NCBI RefSeq assembly: GCF_009914755.1 | Contig: NC_060938.1 | Direction: 5' to 3' (one strand) | Source of the DNA: the human T2T-CHM13v2.0 reference genome, Homo sapiens | Length of the DNA: 64,000 nt | Shown here: positions 40,467 to 54,898 of the stretch, one piece after another | How the letters are laid out: each line of letters begins with the position of its first letter | Position numbering within the stretch: position 1 is the stretch's first letter | The notes under the pieces: model-generated | What the model was told of the DNA's origin: nothing | Database searches by the model: none | What the model saw: the letters and a program-made list of their open reading frames with translations, nothing else | Program-made: the position numbers and the translations under genes

Positions 40467-41641
40467 TCAAGTTTTTATCTATTTGATTGTTTCAGAGCAG
40501 AAGAACTTGATATATTTATATGTCTAAAATATTTATCTTGTTCAGCCACTTTTTTATTGGCTTAAATTTTTTGGTATGTAGAAAAGATTTTTATAGAGCC
40601 AAATACACTCACTTTGACCAGCAGCATGTTTTCTATAGCTTTTCATAAATTCAGGTCCCCTCCATGGTTGAGATAAAGATTCTTATCCATTCTCTGTTAA
40701 GCTCTTTAACTCATCTCAAATGTTATTTTGAATGATTGCTTTTAAAAAGGTTTTGTGAGATTGACTAGATAGTGATGCTTTGACTTATTTCTAAAATTAT
40801 CACATAGTGATTTGAGAATATGCATTTTGCAGATTTCTCCTTTTTATTTGTTGTTTCTGTATATCCTGGTGTCTGTATTTATTTCAGTTGGTTTTTCTCT
40901 TATGTTACTGAATTTTGGACCTGGAGGAAACATTATCCACAACCACCCTCCAAACAGAAGACACACCCAAAATGGCATTTCATTGTATGTTTATGGGAAT
41001 ATAAATTCAGTGCTATTGCTTTTATCACTTGCATAATTTTTATTACTATTTCATTATAATCGTATTGCCTTTATTTACCTCTGAATGCTTTCTATGCTAA
41101 TACCTATTTTTAAACTGAGATAAGATTAAATTTCTGCATCATATTAGCAGATACTTGCTGACTTTTAGACCATCTCTTTAGTTGTAATCTTTAGTAATTT
41201 TTTTTAAATTAACCACTTAACACATTTTTGTATTTTTATTTTATTATTTTATCTTTGTAGGGAAATTTGATGGACTTAATATTTGGTTTCATTGGTATTA
41301 TCCTCCTTCATCCTATTTTTCTTATTTTTTAAGTCTGTTTTCAATTCTATATTTTTATTATGATGGCTTAGATGTTCTTTTTGTCATTTAAATGTGATCA
41401 GAATGAAATCATATCTAAACTATCTGAGGATAAAAACCATTTCTACCACTATTTTTTATGTTTATAAATAAAATTGAGACCTCGGTTTATTGGTGATACA
41501 GAATCTTTCAGCTTGGGGTTCAACCCATTTCCTCCAGCCTCCATGCCTCCCAGGTCCTTGTTGTATCTTTTTCTCTGGAAATGCTTCTTTAAATGACATT
41601 TTTACATCTTGGAATCTACCTTGTATCATCACATCTTTTAA

Positions 41642-41980
<339 letters not shown>

Positions 41981-42686
41981 CTAGACTTATCTTTTTTGAT
42001 CTTCCCATCTTTCTCTCTAGTTTCATTCTTCTCATGCCTCTGGACCCTTAGGCTTTGGTTCATCATTCATTTAAACCCCATTGGATCTCCTCAAGCTTTG
42101 CTTGTGCCTTCAGACAGAAAGTAAAGGCAAAATAATGAACCTTTGAGAGAATGACTTTTCCTTTGTGATCTGAAAATGATGCCCCATTTAATACTTAGTG
42201 GAGTTGGAGGAAAGAGGAAATAACACCACATTTGTTACCTATTTCTTCTGTGTTTTCTGTCTGGTGCTTTTCTTACTCCTAACTCTTTAGCCACTTTTAT
42301 TGGTACTTAGGTCTCAAGGTACTAGTGTTCCTTTTTGTTGCCTGTAGTACTGCTTCTTCAAAATGACAAGCATATTGACTGCAGGTTGCATTGGGCTGCA
42401 TGTAGTAGGAAACTCCAATACCAATGGTTTAAACACATAGAAATTTATTTTTCTCATATAGCAAGAAGTTCAGAGGTCTGTGGTCCAGGGCTGATATAAT
42501 AGTCCCACAAGACCACCAGAGTCCCAGAACCTTCTGTCTTTCTGTTCTGCCAGGCTTAGATGGTGTCTCTGTCTCTCTTTTGCTCATAAAACAGAAATTG
42601 TAAGCACTATCAAGACAGGAAGAGGGAAGGAAAGAGGTAAAAGGTGTGTGCCAGCTGAAAAGAACTTTCTGGGACAATTCCAATAA

Positions 42687-42818
42687 CTCATTGGCGTGAA
42701 CCATGTCAGATTGTCCCCCAACCCCCATCTGTACGTGAGCTCAATGCTATCTCATTGGCGCAAACCATGTCAGATTGTCCCTCAACCCCCATCTGCACGT
42801 GAGCGCAATGCTATCTCA
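42687..42818. repeat. 64-bp tandem duplication inside an old MLT1-like LTR (~42380-42900)
   Basis: ctcattggcg..aaccatgtcagattgtccc.caacccccatctg.acgtgagc.caatgctat at 42687 and 42751. Confidence 0.92.
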
Positions 42819-42970
42819 AATGCAGCTAGAGTTTCTTTATTGAGACAGAAGGGAAGTCAATATTGTGTAGCAATGATAGTGTGTAGACAACTAACAGTGT
42901 ACCTCCTGGAAAAATAAAATATTGTCTGAGCGTCTCTCTCTCTGGAATTGTTTTGGAAGGTACTCTGTGA

Positions 42971-43652
<682 letters not shown>

Positions 43653-44339
43653 TAATGTTAGTTCAGAGAATCCCTGCATTTTTATCTTGTCATACTTATT
43701 ATTCTCAAGTTGGGTATTCGTGTTTTAAAAAGTCTACTAGGTACTTTTGCTTTGTTTTCATCTATTTGCTTACTTTGATATTGTGGATTTGATTCTCTAC
43801 CAGCTCACTAATTCTTTTCTCCATTGTCTGATGGCCGTCTGCTGACAGTGCTTTCAGCAGATACTATTTCAGCAGCCTACTGTGTGTCAGGCACTGGCCT
43901 GGCATTCCTCTTTGCTATTCTCCTGCTGCCATCCTTTTTATTATCATGTGATAGTTATTGATAGTATCTTATTGTGATCTCTCTCTTCTCTCTTAACATG
44001 GATTTTCTTCATTAAATCTTGCTCGCTTGTGGGGTTGCTTCCCTTTCAATTTCTCTGCCTGTTTACTATAAGCCACTCCCATTCCCAACAGAATCACGAA
44101 ACCTTTCTTTAGGGCTCAAAATCTAAAAACTGAACTTAGGCTACATTTATCATTTTCCTCAGTAAAGCCTGTCTTATTCCTTCTAGCTGCTGATCCTTTT
44201 GGCTCCAGATGTTACATATCTGATATTTGGAATAGAGACACGCTATACTATTTCTCAACCTACCATATTTTGAGAGGACTTAGTTTCTTTAACAGACTGT
44301 GACCCAGTAACAGCAGCTGTATAAAGAAATGTATAAAAG

Positions 44340-44840
44340 GGCCAGGCACAGTGGCTCAAGCTTGTAATCCCAGCACTTTGGGAGGCCGAGGTGGGCAGAT
44401 CACCTAAGTCAGGAGTTTGAGACCATCCTGGCCAACATGGCGAAACCTGGTCTCCACTAAAAATACAAAAATTAGCTAGGCATGGTGGCGCACACCTGTA
44501 ATCCCAAATACTCAGGAGGCTAAAAGAGGAGAATAGCTTGAACCCAGGAGGTGGAGGTTTCAGTGAACCAAGGTCATGCCATTGTACTGCAGCCTGAGTG
44601 ACAGAGCAAGACACAGTCTCAAAAAAAAAAAAAGAAAGAAAAAAAAGAAAGAGAGGAAGGAAGGAAGGAGGGAGGGAAGGAAGGAAGGAAGAAAGGAGAA
44701 AGGAAAGAAAGAAAAAGAAAGAATAAAAGGCATGCTTGGAATACACAGTGATGTAGTTGTGCAGAAAGAAGGAAGGAAGAGAGAGAGAGAGGGAGAAAAG
44801 AGAAAGAAAGAGAGGGAGGGAAGGCAGGCAGGCAGGCAGG
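44340..44840 (+). mobile_element. AluS-like SINE with a tail expanded into GA-rich microsatellites
   Basis: Alu 44340-44632, then (GGAA)n/(GAAA)n/(GA)n/(GGCA)n tracts. Confidence 0.9.
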
Positions 44841-45424
44841 CATGCTTTGAATACACAGGGATGTAGTTGTGCTGAGAACTCAGCAAAGGGTGAGTTGATT
44901 TCACGGGCTAATGGGTGAAGACCGAGCTCCCGGAGCTGATAAAATAGCAATCATCACTCCTTCAATTAAGTAAGAACATTTTTCCTGGAGGACATGGGGC
45001 CTAGGGGCTGTTTGGGAAGAGATCATGACCTGCTCATTCTTTCAACAATCCTATGAGTTAGAGAAAGTCAGGCTCAAAAAGAGTGAGTAACTTTCCCAAG
45101 TCCACACAGCTGTTAAGGAAGCATATTGCTTAGGAATTTTGTTTGCCTTCAGTGTTACAAAGCCCTGAAAAGTAGCGAAAGCACACAGGGTTTTACTCTA
45201 TCCCGTAGAAGAGGTCTGCCCTGCAGGTACTGCATGTAGGCAGTTCAGAGTTGCTGTGGGGACTGCACAAAGTCAACCAGGAGTTGGGCCTCTTCAGCTC
45301 GGTGGTGTAACCCTAGTGCTCAGGTTCAACATGGCTGCTGGTGTGCTGGCCATCACGTCGACATGCTAGGTAGTAGGATGGAGGAAAGGGAGAGCGAGGG
45401 GGTGTCCCTTCCCTTTTGAGGCAC

Positions 45425-45840
45425 TGTCTTTGGGCAGTTTCTCTAAGAAACAGACTCTGGGCTAAGGATTTGGGAGGAAATGATTTATCAAGGAAGTGCT
45501 CCCAGAAAAAACTAGTAGGAGTGTGAGGGAATTGAGGATGAGAAAAGGGAATTGAGGATGAGAAAAGGGAAAAGTCAAATGAGGTTATTTTATGGAGCAT
45601 AAATTACACCTTAGAATTTGGCCCACCTTGAGGCAAAGGAAGTGGGTTTTTATACTCCCACACCAGCCAATCATTGGCTGTGGCTGGTGGGGTAGAGGGG
45701 CCTACACCACCCAGGTCTCAGCTGTGTGCAGTCACAGGTGTGAGCCATTAGCAGCAGAGCCTGCAACTGCTGGGAGATGGACTCACAAGGCTCAAGGGGT
45801 TTAGAGGAATCTGGATGGGGCACAAATAGTGTCTCCTATA
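45425..45840 (-). mobile_element. ERVL LTR (LTR16/LTR33-like)
   Basis: tgtctttgggcagtttctctaagaaacagactctgggctaaggatttgggaggaaatgatttatcaaggaagtgctccc. Confidence 0.55.
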
Positions 45841-46374
45841 AGGGGCTTCCCAGAAATTCCAGTTACTTCCCCTTATATTTCATTGACCAGAACTTTGTCA
45901 CACGGCTGCAAGAATGGCTAAGAAATGAAGTCTTTATTCCAGCTAGTAATGTGTCAGAAAGCAGTACCCAGGAACTCAGAAAGAAAAAGATCCTGGCTCC
46001 TGGAGCCCCTGAGAAGAGCTCTGCAGGCCCTGCCTGGGTCATGTTTTCATGACAGACACTTAATGAGTGAGGTCAAGGTCACACGTCCACCTCTGGTGTG
46101 AGCAGGGAGTGGGTGTGTTGGGAGGCACACAACTGAAAGTGGAGAAGGAAACAGGTCCCAAAGCAGAAGACTCTTTGCAGATGAGGGAGAGAAGGAGGGA
46201 GGGTTGTCCCTGGACACACACTAGTGAGAGTCACTTGGTGGACAATGCTATTGTTGTCTGAGGACGGGATACCAAAGTGAGGACGGCTGGAGGGATCCCT
46301 AGTTGAGTTTTGAAGGTATTGAATTTAGGGAGCCGTTGGGACCTTGGAATGGAGACATTCAATAAACAATTGAA

Positions 46375-46786
<412 letters not shown>

Positions 46787-47039
46787 TCAGGAATAACAGG
46801 TTTTCAGACTTGCTTTTATATTTGCAGCCATCATCCTTTTAACAACAGCAACAGTAATAAAACTCAGTATTGTTTTTTCTCTTTCTTCTTTGTATCCCCA
46901 GCCCCAGGGTTCCCCGTTAGGATACTCCTCACCCTAGACTGTCTGGGATCACCTGTTTTGGATTCCCCAGGGCTAAGAGAAAGCCCTAAATAGCTAACCG
47001 GCCCATGTCCATTCCCTTAAAAAAAATCTGTGACCCTGG

Positions 47040-47208
47040 AGCAAGGTTTCTCCACCTCAACACAACTGGCATTTTGGACCAGAGTCTCCTCTGTTGTGGG
47101 GCAGTCCTGTGCATCCTAGGGTGCTTGGCACCACCCCTGACAGTGTGCCCCTAGTTGTGACAACCAAAACTCTCCAAATGCCCCCTGGGAGAGAATGACT
47201 GCCCTAAA
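47040..47208. mobile_element. MER20-like hAT MITE
   Basis: ctggcattttggaccag...ctgttgtggggcagtcctgtgcat...agttgtgacaaccaaaa...gccccctggg. Confidence 0.8.
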
Positions 47209-48262
47209 GGGAACCAAAGGATGAGAATCTGCCAGAAGAAAGAGTCTCTTTGGTTCTCTTCTTTCCGCAAGCCTTTCAGGCACTGCGAAGGGCTCAGTGC
47301 TGAGCACTGGGACCAAAGAGGAATAAGTCCAGGTTTCAGAAATTGAAAATATGTGGTGATTTCCATTAGTTGGGAAGTTCTAGGCCAAAGGCAAAATTTG
47401 GAAACACAAGATTGTGAGTGCGTGGTCCTCTCTCCCCAAACTTTAACTTCAATTATTAACTGCAAGGTGGGTTTTCTTTTTAAAAATACTTTTTCCATTA
47501 AAAAATTCTTAATATGTATGCATTTGGATGCATTTTCAAATCATTTAAAAGTATTTAAAGTAAAAAACCAGTCTCCCTTTGCTCCCCCATCCTACTCTCC
47601 GGAAATAACCAACTCCAAGAGTTGGATGTGGATCTTTCCAGAATTGTTTTCTCATCCACAAACATGTAAGCCCAAGCACACACACATGAGGTCCTTCACA
47701 CATATATGTGGTTCTTTATGTAGTTTTTGCAAATTCATTTTTTATACCTACTGATGGTTCTTCTTTAACAGCTTTATCAATGTATAATTCACATACCATA
47801 AAATTCATCTATTTAAGGTATACAATTCCGTGGTTTTTAGCATATTTACAGAGTTTTGCAACCATCATCACCATCAATTTTAGGACATTTCAAGTTCTGA
47901 AAAAAGAAACCTCATACCCTTTAGCGTTTGCCCCCTGTTATGGTTTGAATATGGTTTGTCCCCACGATAACTCATGTTGAGGCTTGGTCCCAGTGTGGCA
48001 GTGTTGGGAGGTGGCGCCTTGAAGGAATGATGAGGACATTAAGATCCATTAATGTCTTTCTCTCCAGACTGGGTTGGTTCTCTCAGGAATGGATTAGTTC
48101 CAGTGAGAGTGGATTGTTATAAAGGGAGGTTGCCTCTCATATTTTGCCTGTTTTCCTTTCCATTTCTCCACCATATTTTGATGCAGTGTGAAGCTCTCGC
48201 CAGAAGCCACTAGATTCAGTTGCTCAATCTTGAACTTCCCAGCCTGCAAAACCATGAGCTAA

Positions 48263-48487
<225 letters not shown>

Positions 48488-50085
48488 TGAACTCCTGACC
48501 TCAGATGATCTGCCTATGTCGGCCTCCCAAAGTGCTAGGATTACAGGCATGAGCCACCGTGCCTGGCCTCCTCTTTTCTTTATTAATTATCTGGTCTCAG
48601 GTATTGTGTTACCTGAGCAACACATAATGAACTAAGACACTATCCCCTCCAGCCTTAGGCAACCAATAATCTACTTTCTATTTCTATAGATCTGCCTATT
48701 CTGGACATTTCATATAAATGGAATCATACAACATGTGGGCTTTTGTGACTGACTTCTTTCACTTAGCATGTTTTCAAGTGAGCCAAGTTGTAGCATGTAT
48801 TAGTACTTCTCTCCTTTTTGTTGCCAGGTAATATTCTGCTACATGAATGTACCACATTTTATTTATCAGTTAATCAGTTGATGGACATTTACATTGTTTC
48901 CACTTTTTAGCTACTATGAATAATACCATACAATGTCGAATAAGTTTATAAAAACGTATGTCCACAGAACACAAGTTTTCTGTGTGGACATATGTTTTCA
49001 TTTCTCTTGAGCATGTAGGTTTGGAATTGCTAGGTCATGTAGTAACCCTATTCTTTATCTTTGGACAAACTTCCAAAATGGCTATAACATTGTATATTCC
49101 CACCAACAGTGTACAAGGGTTCCAATTTCTCCACACCCTTTCCAACACTTTACTATCTCTCTTTGGATGTGAAATAGTATAATATTGTGGTTTTGATTTG
49201 CATTTCTTTAATGACAAATGATACTGAGCATTTTTGTGTGTTTATTGGCCATTTGTATACTATCTTAAAAGAAAGATCTGTTCAGATTCTTTGCCCATCT
49301 TTTAATTGGGTTATTTGTCCTTTTATTACTGAGTTATGAAAGTGCTTTATATATTCTAGGTTCAAGTCCATTAACTGATATATGATTTGCAAATATTTCC
49401 CCCTTCTGTGGGTGTCTTTTCACTATCTTCTTGATGTTCTTTGAAGCACCAAAGCTTTAAATTTTGATAAAGTCCAATTTATTGGATAGAGTTCTATTTT
49501 TCCTTTTGTTGCTTATGCTTTTAGTGTCATATTGTAAGAAACCATTACCTAATCTAAGGTCATGAAGATTTATACTTATGTTTTCTTCTAAGAGTTTTAT
49601 AGTTTCACTCTTACATTCAGGTTGTTGATCCATTTTGAGTTAATTTTTGTGCATGGTATGAAACATGGGTCTGCTGTGGTTTCAGTGTTTGTTTCCTCCA
49701 CAACTCACATGGAAATTTAATTGCCATTATAACAATATAAAGAGGTGGGACCTTTAAGAGGTGATTAGGTGATGAGGGCTCTGCCCACTTGGATGGGATT
49801 AATTGTGTTATAAAAGGGCATGTTTGGCCTCCTTCTCTCTCTCCTTGCCTTTCCACGATGTGATGTATTCCCTCCTGTGATGACAGCAAGAAGACCCTTT
49901 CAAACTGTCAGTGTCTTGATCTTGGACTTTGAACCCTCAAAATTCTAAGAAGTAAATTTCTGTTCTTTGTAAATTGCCCAGTCTGCGGTATTTTGTTATA
50001 ACACCACAGAATGGACTAAGACAGGATCCAACTTAATTCTTTTGCATGTGGATATCCAGTTGTTCCAGCATCATTTGTTGAAAAG

Positions 50086-50180
50086 ACTAGTCTTAGCCCC
50101 ATTTAATTGTTTTAGCACACTTGACAAAAATCACTAGTCTTAGCCCCATTTAATTGTTTTAGCACACTTGACAAAAATCA
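50086..50180. repeat. Perfect 47-bp tandem duplication
   Basis: actagtcttagccccatttaattgttttagcacacttgacaaaaatc at 50086 and 50133, identical. Confidence 0.97.
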
Positions 50181-51078
50181 ATTAACCATAAACATGAAAT
50201 TGATATCTGGACTCTCAATTCTATTCCATTGACCTATCTGTCTGTCCTTATTCTAGCGTCTTGATTACTGTGGCTTTGTAGTAAATTTTGAAATCAGGAA
50301 GTGTGAGTCCTCCAATGTTGTTGGTTTTTTTTCCCCCAAGATTGTTTTGGCTATTCTGGGTCCCTTGAACTTCATGTGAATTTTAACATCAGTTTATCAA
50401 TTACTGCAAAGAAGACTTACATTGAATTAATTTGGGGAATTTTGCCATCTTAACAATATTAAGTGTTCCAATCTATGAACATGGGATGTCTTTCCATTTA
50501 TTTTGATCCTTTAATTTATTTAAACAATGTTTTATAGTTTTTTGGAGCATAAGTTTTGGACTTTAAAAAAATTTCTTAAGTCATTCATTATTTTAATCCT
50601 ATTGCAAATGAAATGGTTTTCTTGATTTTATTTTGAATTGTTTATTGCAAGTGTGTAGAAATGGAATTAGTTTTTGCATGTTGGTCTTGTATCCTGTGGC
50701 CTTGCTACGCTAATGTATTAACTCTAAAAATTTTCAGTCAGTTCCTTAGGATTTTCTATATACATGAATATGTCACCTGTGTGTCCAGATAGTTTTAATT
50801 CTTTCTTTCCCATCTGGATTTCTTTTATTTCCTTTATTTCATGCTTGACTAGAACTTCCACTGCAATGTCGAATAGAGATGATAAGAGTGGGCCTCTTTA
50901 TCTTATTCCTGATCTTGAAGGAAAGTTTCAGTCTTTCACTATTGAGTATGAAATTGGTTTTGTAGATGGCCTTTACCAGGTTGAGAAAGATCCCTTCTAT
51001 TTCTAGTGTGTTGAATGTTTTTATCACAAAGAGCTGTTAGATTTTTGCCAAATTCTTTTTCCACATCTATTGAGATGA

Positions 51079-51366
<288 letters not shown>

Positions 51367-51871
51367 TGAACTCCTGACCTCAAGCAATCCACCCACTTTG
51401 GCCTCCCCAAAGTGCTAGGATTACAGGTGTGAGCCACTGTGCCCAGCCTAATTTTCGGATATTAAATCAATCTTGAGATAAGTCCTACTTGATTATGGTG
51501 TATAATTTTTTTAATATGTTGCTGCATTTGGTTTGCTAGTATTTTGTTTAGGATTTTTGCATCAGTATTCAAAAGAAATAGGCCGGGCATAGTGGCTTAT
51601 TCCTGTAATCCTAGCACTTTGGGAGGCCGAGGCGAGTGGATCACCTGAGGTCAGGAGTTTGAGGCCAATCTGGCCAACATGGCGAAACCCTGTCTCTACT
51701 AAAAATACAAAAATTAGCCGGGCATGGTGGCACATGCCTATACTCCCAGCTACTCAGGAGTCTGAAGCAGGAGAATCATTTGAACCCGGGAGGCGGAGGT
51801 TGCAGTGAGCTGAGATCCATGCCATTGCACTCCAGCCTGGGTGACAGAGTGAGACTCTGTCTCAAAAAAAA

Positions 51872-52085
51872 ATATATATATATATTTTATTTATGTATAT
51901 AAATTTATATATTATATATACTTATATATAATATATATATACTTATATAATTATATATTATATATTATATATTATATAAATTATATATATTATATATTAT
52001 ATACTTTATATTATATATTATATTATATATTATATATTATATAGATATTATATAAATATATAATATATAAATTTATATCTATCTA
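51872..52085. repeat. AT-rich low-complexity (TATAT/TA)n tract
   Basis: About 210 bp almost entirely A/T, extending the Alu tail. Confidence 0.95.
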
Positions 52086-53308
52086 TCTACCTTTTTCCTT
52101 TTCTTGTGCCCTTTTTCCTTTTCTTATGCCCTTTGTCTTGTTTTGGTATCAGGATAATACTATAGATCTATAGAATTAGTTGGGGCATGTTCATTCGTAG
52201 TTCTTGTATCTTTGTGAGGTTGCCCAGGATACTTAACTATGATATGGATATTCATTAATTTAACCATTCTTCCTATTGTAAGACATAGGTTATTGCTAAT
52301 TATTTGCTAGCACAACTGCTTTATACACCATATTTTCACTGTAGTATTTAAATTTTAAATATTTTATAGGTACTGCCAAGTTTTGGAGAATTTTTAAATT
52401 TAAATATTGTCAGCTAATTTGCAATAATCTTATTCTCACTGCTAACATATACTATATTTTTCCTCTCCTGTGGTACTATACAAAGAGCTCTACATAGATA
52501 AACTTTCATCCTATGAGGTAGGACTATTATTTTCCCCCATTCTATAGGTGAGAAAACTGAAGCACAGAGGTTACATAGCTTGCCCAAAGCCACACAGCTA
52601 GTAGGTGGTAAAACTTTGTTTCAAACTTTGTTCAGCCATGATTTAAACTGGGAGAAGTGGTGGGTAGCCTCCAAGATAGTCAAAATTCTAGTGAAAACTG
52701 AAATAAAACCTATGGCCCCGGTTCAGTATTTCTTTTTGTCATCAGTGGATGTTTTTGTGTTTTATTTGATGTTACTGATGAATATATTTTGCAGGCTATT
52801 GCTTTGAAGAAACAGGGCTTCCAGGTTGTATACTAAGGAAGACGTCTGGGGGTCCCATGCTTGGTTTGAATGGTGTCTTTCTTCCCTGCTTATCTCCTTA
52901 GAACCACACCCAGCACTCATCCCATATCAAATGTAAACCTCAGTTTGGTTCAGTCAGAATTTATTGAGTTCTTACTATTGGCCCAACCTGACTGCAGGAG
53001 TTCTTAAGCCGGGCCCATGAATAGAATTCAGAGCATCTATAAATGTAGATGGTAAAATAATTCCATCTTTATATTTACTGGCATCCAACTAACCCCTGAG
53101 GGACTAACCTTGAGCATATCTTCCAATGATGAATGATGAATGTAGGTAACAACCCTGACATAGGATGAGCAGGGCCTGTAGCTTTGGCACCAGTGAAATC
53201 ACAGATCCATTCCCTCCACCTGATAGTCAGGGCAGATCCCTTATCCTTCACCCTCACCACTACCTTAAAATCATGGTGGTTATTAGCCTTAATTTTATTA
53301 TTTCATTT

Positions 53309-53321
53309 TATATATATATAC

Positions 53322-53355
<34 letters not shown>

Positions 53356-53486
53356 TTTTTTTTTTTATTGAGATGGGGCCTCACTATGTTGCCCAGGCTG
53401 GTCTCAAACTCCTGGGCTGAAGCAATCTGCCTGCCTCAGCCTTTCAAAGTGCTGGGATTACAGGCAAGAGCCACTTGCCCAGGCCA
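53309..53486 (-). mobile_element. FLAM-like Alu monomer with (TA)n microsatellite tail
   Basis: (TA)n/(TACA), then a T-run and gagatggggcctcactatgttgcccaggctgg. Confidence 0.85.
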
Positions 53487-54184
53487 TTATTTCGTGGTTT
53501 AATAACAAAGCACATTTAATGTGTCGCACATTTATTTCATTGTTTAGTAACTGTGTTTTAATACAGCTGCTTTTGTAATTTTATACATTTTATTTCATTC
53601 ATTAAAAATAAATTATTCTAAGAAGGGACCAATACACTTCCCCAGACTGCCAAAGGCTCCGGGTAGCAGAAAACAGGAATTGAGAACCAGACCAAGGTTA
53701 GGCTAGTTTTGAATGAAGAGAAAAAGGGAACCTGCCACTGCCTCCATCCCCGCTTCTCATGATAGAGCATTCATCCACTTGTAGTTGTTTGAAAACGGAC
53801 TTGCAACACTCTCGTTGCTCAATCACTGCGCAGCATAATCTCAGCTCTTTGTGATGATTCAGAAGCCATTTCAGGATGTTGCCAGGTGCTGAGGGTCATC
53901 ATTGGCAGCATAATTTACCACAGTCCCTTAGAGCAGTGGGGGAAGAAGCAAGCATTTGGAAATGTCCTATTTATAGAGTACCCTTTGTACAGTGTAGGGG
54001 ACTTTGTTCAGAGTTCCCGCCCTGCTCCCTTGTCTCTGCCTTCTCAGCTAGTGATGATGTCCTTCTGGTGCTTAGCCCACCACCTACCCTGTGGTTTCAG
54101 CATGCCATGTATACTTGGCTGTAAATGCTGATTTTGGAATATATAATATTGCTTCTTGGTGATTCAATGCTACTTCTTGCTTAA

Positions 54185-54714
<530 letters not shown>

Positions 54715-54898
54715 CTGTGGACCTCAGAGTGCTTGAGAAAACCTGAATTCACTGTCAACTTTTTAACATCAGATTTCCCAGTCGAAATATAGATTTCTGA
54801 TTTCTCTTGGGAAAATGGAAAATCTGGCAATGTCAGGCCCACATTCCTCTGTGCCAGCCATTCACTGAAGATGAGCTACAGATGATCCCTTTGGGGAG

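Noticed and set aside
44255-44950. Longest ORF in the window (231 aa, minus strand)
   Set aside because: Composed of microsatellite and antisense Alu translation; the same applies to the ORFs at 4651, 12701, 23710, 32402 and 39744.
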